Shown: positions 35,937 to 44,958 of the stretch, in pieces
Layout: each line of letters starts with the position of its first letter
Numbering within the stretch: the first letter of the stretch is position 1
DNA from: an uncultured virus (IMG/VR IMGVR_UViG_3300037043_000022)
Taxonomy: Duplodnaviria > Heunggongvirae > Uroviricota > Caudoviricetes
Direction: 5' to 3' (one strand)
IMG/VR virus record: IMGVR_UViG_3300037043_000022
DNA length: 44,958 nt
Notes under the pieces: model-generated
The model's input: the letters and a program-made list of their open reading frames with translations, nothing else
What the model was told of the DNA's origin: nothing
Database searches by the model: none
Program-made: the position numbers and the translations under genes

Positions 35937-36310
35937 ACAAGATCGAAGACTACATAGAAGCAAAGCTGACCGCTAAGAATGTAAAGCGTAGAGTTATTTG
36001 TGTATTGGGTGAAGACAATGACTTTGACGCGTTCGAGGACACAATGAAATTTTCTATTAACACCTCATATGGTTACTATGGAAGTTCAACATTATCCGTG
36101 CGTTTCTACCCTGCCACCAATACTACAGGTCATTCGGCAATAAGTAATAAACTTGGTAAATACTTGGCACGTGCAATTTCTCAAAGAAGCAGAGAATTGT
36201 TTTTGTTGGCGGCAAAGTACGCAGAAGAGGATGCCGAAAAAGCAAGGTTGCATGCAGTGGAAGAGGCCGACCAAGTTTTGCTAGACCAAGAAAGGATTGA
36301 AAATGTTTAA
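35933..36310 (+). CDS. Hypothetical protein
   Basis: ATGA overlap with the previous stop; AAGGAG upstream. Confidence 0.6.
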   Translation: MNKIEDYIEAKLTAKNVKRRVICVLGEDNDFDAFEDTMKFSINTSYGYYGSSTLSVRFYPATNTTGHSAISNKLGKYLARAISQRSRELFLLAAKYAEEDAEKARLHAVEEADQVLLDQERIENV

Positions 36311-36578
36311 CGAAACTTTTCACAAGCACGAGATTGAAAAAGTTATAAAAGATTTCTTGGTGTTCGGGGAAGACCAGTTTGGCAAAGGGCATCATGGATA
36401 TTTTAGCGGGCATGGGTTTGCTGCAAGATGCTTGAGGTATCATTTGGAACAACTGAAAATCAAGAATAGGGACACCAATGTAGAAGAAATAGTATGCGAA
36501 GATGTATCGTTATGGAAACCAAAGATATTTAGGACCAGGGAGAATCTTCCCGGAACGTGCGACGACGAAAGGGGGTAA
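36303..36578 (+). CDS. Hypothetical protein
   Basis: AAAGGA SD before ATG 36303. Confidence 0.55.
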   Translation: MFNETFHKHEIEKVIKDFLVFGEDQFGKGHHGYFSGHGFAARCLRYHLEQLKIKNRDTNVEEIVCEDVSLWKPKIFRTRENLPGTCDDERG

Positions 36579-36589
36579 GGAATGAGTGA
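36567..36589 (+). repeat. 23-bp direct repeat, copy 2
   Basis: Exact copy of 35727-35749. Confidence 0.85.
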
Positions 36590-36734
36590 TGAAAAATTGA
36601 AACAAAAGAAATGCATGGTCAAAATACGCAATGACGCAATGTCGTTCGCTTGTGGGAAAGAACTTCATGTACGTTTTCTAGAAGAAATCAGCAAGATGAA
36701 ATATTGTCCATTTTGTGGTAAAAGAATTGGATGA
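36582..36734 (+). CDS. Small zinc-ribbon protein (50 aa, ...YCPFCGKRIG)
   Basis: Starts inside the repeat after SD TAAGGA; CGK and CPFCG motifs. Confidence 0.6.
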   Translation: MSDEKLKQKKCMVKIRNDAMSFACGKELHVRFLEEISKMKYCPFCGKRIG

Positions 36735-36749
36735 TGCAAATGCCGCAAA

Positions 36750-39212
36750 TTATACTAAATTGATTTGACCATATTGATATTCATTGTGTTGTGCACACTG
36801 ATCACTCACCTCTAATTTTCTTATTGTAGCATCTGGAAACATTCGAAGAGCGACCTTTCCAATTTCTACATTAGAAATCAATGGAAAATAAGGAGTATTA
36901 GCTACGACAGGGTGCGGTAAAGCAGCAGAGGCAGCTGCATCAGCCGGAACAAGCAACCCATTCCACCATATCCACACTTGCGAATCTCTATACATTATTT
37001 CAAGCGTGTTCCAAATCTCACTTTGTCCTTGGATCGGTATGGTCAGATATCCACCTTTATAGACTTTGAAACCAAGTGGATCAGAGGCTGGTTTTTCATC
37101 ACCATGAATGATGAACCCATCTTGCGTCATCACTTTACTGACGCAATAACCTGGCATCAAACCACGGACCAAATCATCCTTGCTTTCCAGACTTTTGTTC
37201 AATTCATATCGTTCTGACATGTCGAGTATGCCGACCTTAAACTGCAGTTGCACTGAATTTGCATCAGTCGTCTCATCAACTGAAAATTCAACGCGGACGC
37301 ATGGAGCGTTATAATCATGATGTAGTAATTGTACGGTGATTGGTTCATTTGGCACGCTAGTTCCAGCAGTTCCATAATCAAAAGGAAATGGCTCGGAACC
37401 GCCAATTAAAGTTATGCCATCGTCGTCGGTATAGGAGAAAGCTGCCTTGAAATAATATTTCCACAATTGGCCTAAATGATCCGGCGTCAGGTGTCGCAAC
37501 GTTCCTGATGAGGGCACGTCACGCCAGTGTTGTCCCTTAACTACTATATAATTGCTACCAGCAAATGGACCAGTAGTGAACGTGCCACGATGAGTGACCC
37601 TCATATATACGTCATCAAAACTGTCGACTGGTGCACGGAGCAATATGTCATATGGTGGAAAATCGCTTCTAGTTGGCATGCCTATCAATGCCTTAACGTA
37701 TGCATTTCTATGATTTCTACGCGTCCACAGGAATACTGGCCGCTCAACAACTGCCTCTGGATCGATGGTATGCACGCGCATACCCGGTAAAGAATAATCA
37801 ATATCAGCTACAGCTTGCTGATTCAATACCATGCCAGACGGTTCATGTTCTTCACCGTCATCTGACAAGATTAAACGATCCTCAAAACCAGTCAAGCCCC
37901 AAATGGTGCGCTCAATTAGTCTAATGTCGGCAACGCCAACATCACTAGCGGAAAGTTCTGCTGAATCACCTTCTGGTAATTCTTCGCGTGCCACCAATAA
38001 ATCACCAAATTTAATGGCATCAGTCATAGCCCACAACGAACCGGCATTCAACGGTGGTCGTTGACTAAAAAATCGGCGGCGAATTGGTTGGCTTGAGCCG
38101 CCGACCTTGTACTCCCAGAGAGAAACCAACGTACCGGTCGGTAGGATGTCTTGTGAACCGTCAACAGTCAATACCTTAGGGTTGACCACTGCCGTACATT
38201 GATTTTCTGGATTTTCATAACGCCAAACGTTAGTTGCCGTGAATTGATCACCAATCGGGACGGCATTTTTGACGTCCCAATAACGTGCCTTATATTGATT
38301 GGTAGACAACACGGTAGCATCATAGCCGACGATGACGGCCATTTGTTTGGTCAATAAATGGCCTTTATATAAAAGCTCGCCTAACAAACCAGGATCAGAT
38401 TGCGGCCTGAATTCGAATCGTCGTTCATTACCTTGGGAATCGTCACCGAGCGTCCACACACATTGTGGCACTCCACTCGCACCAGGAGTAAATGACCAAC
38501 CGATTTGCGTGGCTAAATTAGCCCGCCGCTTTAAAACGATGTCTAGTTCGCCTGATCCAGGCGTTATGGCATCATCGTATCGTTTGAAAATCAGCGAGGG
38601 ATATTTGCCCTTCTGATTCAACAATGACAATGGCTTAGTCGTATCCAATATTGCCGTCTCTGGCATTAAATAAAATTTCACTTCACCATAAGCATTGACG
38701 CCAGGTAGTTTACCATTACATGACGGTGGGCGTATTGCAGCAACGTCTGACTCATCTTGCTGCCAGAATATTTGATAACATTCTTCACAATCACAAGCCA
38801 GCGGCAACGGCGAATCGACGGTAAACCGAATGACGTTGCCAATGCGTTCTAAAGAAATGAACTCCGTACCGGCAGCAAGCATTATGTCACCGGTCATCCA
38901 ACCACCATCATCTGGGAATCCACTACCTTGGAAACCTAGAACGCCGAGTCTAGTCTGTGTGACTGCATCTAATTTGCATTTATCATCGGCAGACATTAAG
39001 CCCTTGAGATCACAAGTCGCCTCTGGTATGGGATCAGACGTGACATGCATCCCACCGTGGAATGGTGGAATGATGATTTGGGACTCTTTAATATATAATG
39101 ATTTTGATTCGGCATCATATGAAAAGGAGGTGGTGAGTCCATCCGGTCCTATGACTTCAACCCATTGTTGATCCACCAACCCACTTACTGCTGGGATTCT
39201 GTAATTGGTCAT
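36750..39212 (-). CDS. Large virion-type (tail/baseplate-associated) protein
   Basis: 820 aa; AAGGAG SD; HGGMH..DPIP and KGLMSADDKCKLD motif related to the 26117 and 29843 genes. Confidence 0.7.
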   Translation of the reverse strand: MTNYRIPAVSGLVDQQWVEVIGPDGLTTSFSYDAESKSLYIKESQIIIPPFHGGMHVTSDPIPEATCDLKGLMSADDKCKLDAVTQTRLGVLGFQGSGFPDDGGWMTGDIMLAAGTEFISLERIGNVIRFTVDSPLPLACDCEECYQIFWQQDESDVAAIRPPSCNGKLPGVNAYGEVKFYLMPETAILDTTKPLSLLNQKGKYPSLIFKRYDDAITPGSGELDIVLKRRANLATQIGWSFTPGASGVPQCVWTLGDDSQGNERRFEFRPQSDPGLLGELLYKGHLLTKQMAVIVGYDATVLSTNQYKARYWDVKNAVPIGDQFTATNVWRYENPENQCTAVVNPKVLTVDGSQDILPTGTLVSLWEYKVGGSSQPIRRRFFSQRPPLNAGSLWAMTDAIKFGDLLVAREELPEGDSAELSASDVGVADIRLIERTIWGLTGFEDRLILSDDGEEHEPSGMVLNQQAVADIDYSLPGMRVHTIDPEAVVERPVFLWTRRNHRNAYVKALIGMPTRSDFPPYDILLRAPVDSFDDVYMRVTHRGTFTTGPFAGSNYIVVKGQHWRDVPSSGTLRHLTPDHLGQLWKYYFKAAFSYTDDDGITLIGGSEPFPFDYGTAGTSVPNEPITVQLLHHDYNAPCVRVEFSVDETTDANSVQLQFKVGILDMSERYELNKSLESKDDLVRGLMPGYCVSKVMTQDGFIIHGDEKPASDPLGFKVYKGGYLTIPIQGQSEIWNTLEIMYRDSQVWIWWNGLLVPADAAASAALPHPVVANTPYFPLISNVEIGKVALRMFPDATIRKLEVSDQCAQHNEYQYGQINLV

Positions 39213-39246
39213 TTCATTTCTCCTTTTCTTTACTTATTTTTGGTCT

Positions 39247-39534
39247 TTATGCGCTTCCAACATCCTTCATACCGTCATCAGACATGACGACGTCACTTAT
39301 TCTAACCCATCGTGGCGGATTGTTGTTTTTCTTATATAACTGATTTTCCATCGTATTGTAATAATATTCATCTCTAAAAGTAGACGCACTGGGTTGATGT
39401 GCAACCATTTCAACGAGTTTCCCACCATATAATTCGATAAATTGATGTGGATTCCCACCTACCATGGTATGGGCAAATCCCAGCGTAGCATATCTTTTCG
39501 TAATGGCATCTTCCAACGGCGTTCCCAATTTCAT
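39247..39534 (-). CDS. Hypothetical protein
   Basis: GGAG SD; ORF track. Confidence 0.6.
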   Translation of the reverse strand: MKLGTPLEDAITKRYATLGFAHTMVGGNPHQFIELYGGKLVEMVAHQPSASTFRDEYYYNTMENQLYKKNNNPPRWVRISDVVMSDDGMKDVGSA

Positions 39535-39543
39535 TCTCCAATA

Positions 39544-41529
39544 TTATTTTGACAATCTCTGAACCATTTCAATCATGATCCTACGCATCTGAACATATTT
39601 ACCACCGACCGAACCAATCACTTCGACCGCTTCAATTAATTTATTTATAATCATGCCGTTCCGTTCATCATTCGTTTCCTCTGATTTAATTATTCTACCT
39701 TCTTCTAATGTCAATCCAGCAATATCCATCACGTCTCGCATTAAATCTGATTCATCATTTAATCCAATGATCTCTGAAATCACCCGATATATTTGGTCAT
39801 GCGCCTCAGATTTAACGTCCTTTTTTGCCATTTTCAATGCTGCAGCCAATTCAGGAGGTAATCCCGCAGGGATGCCACTTTTCTTTGGCTCCTCTGGTTC
39901 CTCTGGTTCGGATTCAGGTTCATCAGACGCAAGACTTATGTCCTGCATTTTCGATCGCAATTCGAGATATTTCTTCCGCATTTCTGGCGTCATCGATCTC
40001 AATTCTGGATTCAATGACAACATGCTTTCCACGTCATCTTTGTGTTTTTTGGGCATCGTTGGTGCTTCTGGTTTTTTAATTTCTGGTTCATCCTCAAGCT
40101 TTTTCCATTTTTCAAGCGGCGTCTTCTCGTGTGCAATCCTTTTATATAATTCGGCGGTTTTTTCTGCCTCCGGTGACGTCCTACTGCGCGGAGGTAATTC
40201 ATCCTGTCTCTTCAATTTTTCTGCTGCTTTAACTAATTTACCTAATGCTATTTTCTTCACTTCTGCAACGAAATCTTCACTTGGGGTCATTTCTTTTGGC
40301 ATTAATGTCTGTTTACCCTTATACTTACCCAATCGATGGACTGTAAGTTTTTTGTTCTTTTTCTTTAATTCTCTTGCAATTTCATCATTGGACATTGTAT
40401 GTCTCTGTTTCAACGTCCTATATGTAATTGGGACGTCTAATGTCCTTTTACCAGTCACTTCCCCTTCCACATCTTTTTCTATGTCTTCCTCACTTCGTTC
40501 GACATCAAATAAATCATCGTCCGTAATGCCATAAGACATTTTGATGATTTCTCTTTCGGTCGGATTAAGGTTTGCGAGATTAAATGCCTTGTCAATGAGT
40601 TCTCTACTATATTGCAGTTCTTCAATCCTCTCTGCACTTAGAGGGATCGACGAAGCAGCCAAATCGCCTCTTTCTAATCCTTTCTCAGTAGCACCAAATT
40701 GACGTTCTGCAGCAGAGCCTGGTATGATGTCCGATATGGTTCCTTCTCCTTCTTCGCCAGTCGGCGTACTAAGTGATTGCACCCCATATCCTTTACTGCT
40801 CATACCGCCCCTTAACTCTTGTCGATTATAATGTTTGCGAATTTCTCTCTTTTCATCGTCCGATAACGGGCGTTCATTCACTTTTTCCAATTCCGCTATC
40901 TTATCGTTGGCTAATTTCTCAGCCCTAACCTTACTAGCTGCATATTCCTTCGGCGGCACCCGTACCAGTCCCGAATCCATTGCTTTGTCTTTTATGTGGT
41001 CTCTAATATGCGTAGCTGCATATAATCCGAATGGCGTCGTCCCTTTATCCAATCTTATAGAATCAATCACTGCCGCCATCCCCTCTGATATGGCATCATC
41101 GATTTCAAAATTGTGACCTGCATATCTTCTTGCCCATTTCTTGATAAATGGCATGCATGCCATCACTACTTCTTCAACCGTCCAATTGTCAGTCGATTCT
41201 TGTTCGCCTTGTTTTATTAATTCGGTTTTCTTCTTAACTCGATCAGTAGGATTCATGTTCCATTTACTTACAAATGCATCGTCGCCTTCTACCCAATAGA
41301 TTGGCAAATATGTCTTTTTAATGTCTGCCGTAGTTCTACCTTCAGGTAACGTCCATTGATCCAACGCAGGGTCTACGTCATAATCCTTAATTTCATCGGC
41401 AGTTTTCTTAGCGATTTTGGATAATTTCTCTACCTTTGTGGCATCACCTAGGTCGCCAAGATCCATCATGTCTTTAGCTTCGAAAACTAATTTGTCGTTC
41501 AATTGCTTTGAAAAATCACTCATTTCCAT
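39544..41529 (-). CDS. Sigma70-like RNA polymerase sigma factor with long extensions
   Basis: Region-2-like MPFIKKWARRY...DDAISEGMAAVIDSIRLDKG..FGLYAATHIR...VRVP; region-4-like LNPTEREIIKMSYGI...MSNDEIAREL. Confidence 0.7.
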   Translation of the reverse strand: MEMSDFSKQLNDKLVFEAKDMMDLGDLGDATKVEKLSKIAKKTADEIKDYDVDPALDQWTLPEGRTTADIKKTYLPIYWVEGDDAFVSKWNMNPTDRVKKKTELIKQGEQESTDNWTVEEVVMACMPFIKKWARRYAGHNFEIDDAISEGMAAVIDSIRLDKGTTPFGLYAATHIRDHIKDKAMDSGLVRVPPKEYAASKVRAEKLANDKIAELEKVNERPLSDDEKREIRKHYNRQELRGGMSSKGYGVQSLSTPTGEEGEGTISDIIPGSAAERQFGATEKGLERGDLAASSIPLSAERIEELQYSRELIDKAFNLANLNPTEREIIKMSYGITDDDLFDVERSEEDIEKDVEGEVTGKRTLDVPITYRTLKQRHTMSNDEIARELKKKNKKLTVHRLGKYKGKQTLMPKEMTPSEDFVAEVKKIALGKLVKAAEKLKRQDELPPRSRTSPEAEKTAELYKRIAHEKTPLEKWKKLEDEPEIKKPEAPTMPKKHKDDVESMLSLNPELRSMTPEMRKKYLELRSKMQDISLASDEPESEPEEPEEPKKSGIPAGLPPELAAALKMAKKDVKSEAHDQIYRVISEIIGLNDESDLMRDVMDIAGLTLEEGRIIKSEETNDERNGMIINKLIEAVEVIGSVGGKYVQMRRIMIEMVQRLSK

Positions 41530-41532
41530 CTC

Positions 41533-42345
41533 CTATGAAAATTGCCCGCTATCTAGAAATTCAGCGGAAGTCATGGACCAGAAATCATCAGCTAGGTCGC
41601 TCAACACATATTGATAGGGCAACCACCCATAACCACCATCGCCCCACGACGTACCCCAACTGTTACGAATCAACAGTGCATCCTTGTCATCATCGTACCC
41701 AACTGAACAAACGGCATGGCCGCCCTGTAATAAATCATGTCGAGATGGGAATGGAATCACCCCATTGACCATCCGCTGAATTGAATCATAAACTGAAAAT
41801 CCAAACATTACGGCATACCCACGAGACAGATATTCTTTAACTCTATGTAATACGTCAGCTCTAGTATTATTAGGGGCGTCTAATCTGAAATATTTCAGAG
41901 CCTGGAAATTCTGCGCAAATGCATAACAGAATTGTGATGGTTCCACGTCGAATTTTGAAAGGTCATATAACCAATATTCTTCAGGACATACGCCAAACGT
42001 CGCCATCGCCTGCATGGTGGTACGCAACATCGCACCATTGTCACCAGTCTCCTTCATAAGATTTCTAGTCACTTTATAGAGAAATAAACGAGAATGCGGT
42101 ATAAATTTTCCAAACGATTTACGTTCGAAATATTCATACATGCCACATCCAGCTTGGGCTGTACAACTGCCTAAGCTCTTCTGATCTTGGATTGGTGGGC
42201 ACCATTGCCGCAAATCGACGAACTTTGGCAATGATTCATTCTCATGTAGACCGACGCATTTCAGACGATCATCTTTAGCAAACGTTTCGGGGATGTAATC
42301 GCGTATGTCCGGAACGTCTGGACGCCAACCAAGTCGATAATTCAT
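41533..42345 (-). CDS. Papain-like cysteine protease (peptidase C1A)
   Basis: GGAGG SD; GWRPD.PD.RD, VDLR, QDQKSLGSCTA (Cys), GGHAV (His), RNSWG (Asn). Confidence 0.92.
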   Translation of the reverse strand: MNYRLGWRPDVPDIRDYIPETFAKDDRLKCVGLHENESLPKFVDLRQWCPPIQDQKSLGSCTAQAGCGMYEYFERKSFGKFIPHSRLFLYKVTRNLMKETGDNGAMLRTTMQAMATFGVCPEEYWLYDLSKFDVEPSQFCYAFAQNFQALKYFRLDAPNNTRADVLHRVKEYLSRGYAVMFGFSVYDSIQRMVNGVIPFPSRHDLLQGGHAVCSVGYDDDKDALLIRNSWGTSWGDGGYGWLPYQYVLSDLADDFWSMTSAEFLDSGQFS

Positions 42346-42542
42346 CTCACAAACCTCCCAGTTGGCCTCATTGGGTTTGGTGCGACCAGATTGGAAACGT
42401 GATGTGGTGACGAAACGTTGATCTGTGGTTTTGCCATTACATCCATCCATCTTTTCGCCGGATCATCATGGCCATGACAGTTGACCTCCTTTTTTCTCTT
42501 CTGCACGTTTCTAACATACCCAATCAATTCATATAACTTCAT
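42342..42542 (-). CDS. Small hypothetical protein
   Basis: AAGGGGG SD; ATGA overlap with the protease start. Confidence 0.5.
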   Translation of the reverse strand: MKLYELIGYVRNVQKRKKEVNCHGHDDPAKRWMDVMAKPQINVSSPHHVSNLVAPNPMRPTGRFVR

Positions 42543-42552
42543 CTATGCCCCC

Positions 42553-43266
42553 TTACCAGGAGATCTCATTGCCTTTTGAATGACGATGTATCTCCCGCAA
42601 ATGCACGTACGCATTCGCTTTATCCTGCCAATGCTTCCAATGTTGTTCTAAAAATTCGAAGAATTGTTTGTTCAATGGACCATAAGCTGCAAATTCCTTC
42701 CATTCCCCATTAGGGAGTGGCTCCTTCCAATGTACGTCTATGAACCAATCGCGTTGTGGGTCCATCTCATTCAACGCCCGATGTAGAGTCTTAAAATATT
42801 TAATGTTCATGGCTGCATCGGCCTTACTGTCCATACGCGTTTCATCTTCAATAATTGGCCCAAATGCACTCATCAATAGATCGTCACCACTATATCCCTC
42901 ACAAACCAAACGAACGGAATTTTTCTCAAACATTTCATTTGCAACAACGGTGCTTTGTGCAAGTGGGACATATACCCGATCATTCTCGATCACAAATTGA
43001 GGAAACATCTTCTTTAATGCTTGTTCATTGAGACGCCCACATTTCGTGGGATGATGTCTCTCTTCACTGATGATGGCTGGGATGGCCCATTCGGACAATT
43101 GCTCTTTATCCATTAACGCAATGCAAACGTCGGCTAGCGTGTTTATGTCGCGCTTCTGGAATTCACCTCTAGCCAACTCCTGCACGTCTTCGAGCGATAA
43201 AACATCCAATTTCTTTTTAGCTTCATCAACTAGCATTTTACATGTCTCCTTGAAAAAGGTGATCAC
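42553..43266 (-). CDS. Hypothetical protein
   Basis: ORF track; start uncertain. Confidence 0.6.
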   Translation of the reverse strand: MITFFKETCKMLVDEAKKKLDVLSLEDVQELARGEFQKRDINTLADVCIALMDKEQLSEWAIPAIISEERHHPTKCGRLNEQALKKMFPQFVIENDRVYVPLAQSTVVANEMFEKNSVRLVCEGYSGDDLLMSAFGPIIEDETRMDSKADAAMNIKYFKTLHRALNEMDPQRDWFIDVHWKEPLPNGEWKEFAAYGPLNKQFFEFLEQHWKHWQDKANAYVHLREIHRHSKGNEISW

Positions 43267-43299
43267 TCACAAAATATTTTTTAATGGTAATAAAAATGT

Positions 43300-43611
43300 T
43301 TACTTTTTGGCAAATTTATCCGTCAGTAGTTCCATCGCCAAAGCAATCTGCCCGGCCGTCAGGGTAAGCCCGCCGGCCTCGGCCGGTAACGTTACAGTTT
43401 CGTCCTTTATTTCGCTCAATTTCTTTTCCACGGCGTACCGCTCACTATGATCCGGTGAATAATACGGTTTGCCGTCTTTCATCAGCATCCGCTCCCGGCG
43501 CACGAGTATGCGCACATCAGGCGCATACTTTAACGAACTCTCAATGATGATTTGAGCATTCCGATCGCGGTGCTCAAATTCACCCTCTAGCTGCACTTTT
43601 TTCAGCAACAT
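43300..43611 (-). CDS. Hypothetical protein, possibly a tail-fibre accessory
   Basis: GGAG-like SD; lies downstream of the collagen-like gene cluster. Confidence 0.55.
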   Translation of the reverse strand: MLLKKVQLEGEFEHRDRNAQIIIESSLKYAPDVRILVRRERMLMKDGKPYYSPDHSERYAVEKKLSEIKDETVTLPAEAGGLTLTAGQIALAMELLTDKFAKK

Positions 43612-43621
43612 GTTTTATCTC

Positions 43622-44596
43622 CTATTCTGGATTCAACTCAAACAACGCGTTATTTCTTTCAAATGTCGGCCTGACAATAAAATCTGGTGTAAGACTAAAA
43701 TAAGTCGTCGCATTCTCCAATACAGATCCTAAACCGTGCGAATAATCAGGTTGAGGCCATATTGGTCCAAACGAGAAAGTGAACGACGTTACATCGTCTA
43801 ATGAGTAAAAAGCTGACCAGCCAACCTTGCCACCCCCTATAAATTGTCCGGCAGTTCCAGACCAACCGTCACCCGCATAAATTGTCATAGGGTCACTCGA
43901 CTGATCACTACGGCCGTTACCTATATATATCTCCGTACACGGCATCAACGTCTCTGGCGAGCCTGAAAACTCATACGGTTTATAAATATTTAAACTTACG
44001 TATGCACGTTCTTCATAAAAATTACCGTCATCTGGTGGTAACGGATAACGATATGTGTTTATGTCGTCTGTGGTATGGTATGGTGATGTCCCCGATAACC
44101 ACTCTCCTTGATCTATATTATAATAAATAGAACCACCGGTAGCAACCCATAAACCATACGTAGTTTGACTTGAACCCAGAAATGACACCGCCTCACATAC
44201 ATAAAACAATTCTCTTATATGTGATGCCATCGGTTTGTCATATTGATCGACCGAAATCCAAGCATCTGACTCCCCACAATCACTGAATCGAGCATGTACC
44301 TCTGTCAATATGTCTTCAAGAGACGTTACCCAAACAGGATCGTATTGTTGCTGTAATATCCCGTATTTCCCCTGATCTACAATCGCCTCAATGGCATCGC
44401 GCATACCGGTCAACCAAGAATACAGAAAAGGGGATTCTCCTGGAACTAACGCATCTGGGATTATCGTCGAGATGTCTAAGTCAATTAGTTCGGCACGTTC
44501 AAGAATTGCTGAACGTAGTTCATTGCCATGAACTGCAAGCATGACGACCGCATCACCGGGCACAATGTCTTCAAAATCAGCATAAGAAAATGACAT
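43622..44596 (-). CDS. Hypothetical acidic, aromatic-rich protein, possibly structural
   Basis: 324-aa ORF starting 3 nt after the collagen-like gene's stop. Confidence 0.6.
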   Translation of the reverse strand: MSFSYADFEDIVPGDAVVMLAVHGNELRSAILERAELIDLDISTIIPDALVPGESPFLYSWLTGMRDAIEAIVDQGKYGILQQQYDPVWVTSLEDILTEVHARFSDCGESDAWISVDQYDKPMASHIRELFYVCEAVSFLGSSQTTYGLWVATGGSIYYNIDQGEWLSGTSPYHTTDDINTYRYPLPPDDGNFYEERAYVSLNIYKPYEFSGSPETLMPCTEIYIGNGRSDQSSDPMTIYAGDGWSGTAGQFIGGGKVGWSAFYSLDDVTSFTFSFGPIWPQPDYSHGLGSVLENATTYFSLTPDFIVRPTFERNNALFELNPE

Positions 44597-44599
44597 CGT

Positions 44600-44958
44600 T
44601 TATCCCCACGTTGCTTGCGGCCCTGTGGAACCTTGTGCACCCTGAGCACCTTGTGCACCCTGAGCACCTGCAACATTCTGTGGGCCTGTTGGACCCTGAT
44701 GACCCTGTGGACCTTGGGCACCAATACTACCTTGACTGCCAATACTACCCTGTGGTCCTGTTGGACCCTGATGACCTTGTGGTCCTGTTGGACCCTGATA
44801 ACCCTGTGGTCCTGTTGGACCCTGATGACCTTGTGGTCCTGTTGGACCCTGATGACCTTGTGGTCCTGTTGGACCCTGATGACCTTGTGGTCCTGTTGGA
44901 CCCTGATGACCTTGTGGTCCTGTTGGACCCTGATGACCTTGTGGTCCTGTTGGACCCT
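44600..44958 (-). CDS. Collagen-like (Gly-X-Y) repeat protein, 5' end truncated by the window
   Basis: Minus strand encodes (GPTGPQGHQ)n then GAQ repeats; TAA at 44600-44602. Confidence 0.85.
   Translation of the reverse strand, partial: GPTGPQGHQGPTGPQGHQGPTGPQGHQGPTGPQGHQGPTGPQGHQGPTGPQGYQGPTGPQGHQGPTGPQGSIGSQGSIGAQGPQGHQGPTGPQNVAGAQGAQGAQGAQGSTGPQATWG
44748..44958. repeat. 27-bp tandem repeat (GGACCCTGATGACCTTGTGGTCCTGTT) encoding collagen triplets
   Basis: Near-identical head-to-tail units running to the window end. Confidence 0.9.

Noticed and set aside
39653..40534. Long + strand ORF (293 aa) and similar antisense ORFs (13232..13807, 11677..12147, 6546..6947)
   Set aside because: Shadow frames opposite well-supported genes, with Ser/Phe-rich antisense composition.
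44600..44958. 27-bp tandem repeats as a CRISPR or regulatory array
   Set aside because: No spacers; the period is a multiple of 9 and encodes Gly-X-Y collagen on the minus strand.

Overview
This window looks like part of a large (jumbo/huge) tailed phage genome using the standard genetic code. (1) 1-6400: densely packed small + strand genes, mostly hypothetical, with a DUF4116-like repeat protein, an opposite-strand protein-kinase-like gene, a complete tmRNA (5418-5798) and a tRNA-CAU resembling Ile2 (6108-6180). (2) About 7470-25500: a glycan-synthesis island with many glycosyltransferase-like genes, methyltransferases, an NDP-sugar C-methyltransferase, a GDP-mannose 4,6-dehydratase-like enzyme, a PKD/Ig-like protein and a possible unimolecular spanin. 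(3) 26100-44958: large paralogous virion-type proteins (one with a Kelch propeller), an adenosine deaminase-family enzyme, a RuvC-like resolvase, a second cluster of small genes, an oversized sigma70-like factor, a papain-like protease and a collagen-like gene cut by the window edge. The standout is at 12834-13820: a solitary Cas7/RAMP-like gene, with no other cas genes or CRISPR array, sits directly behind a ~200-nt non-coding tract of 5-nt-periodic units (a conserved triplet plus a variable dinucleotide). This is a candidate minimal RNA-guided system of the VIPR type with a degenerate triplet code. There is also an unexplained structured GC-rich intergenic RNA candidate (6936-7071) and a -1 frameshift at a slippery heptamer in an FkbM methyltransferase. 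All protein calls come from motif recognition by eye; no database searches were run.
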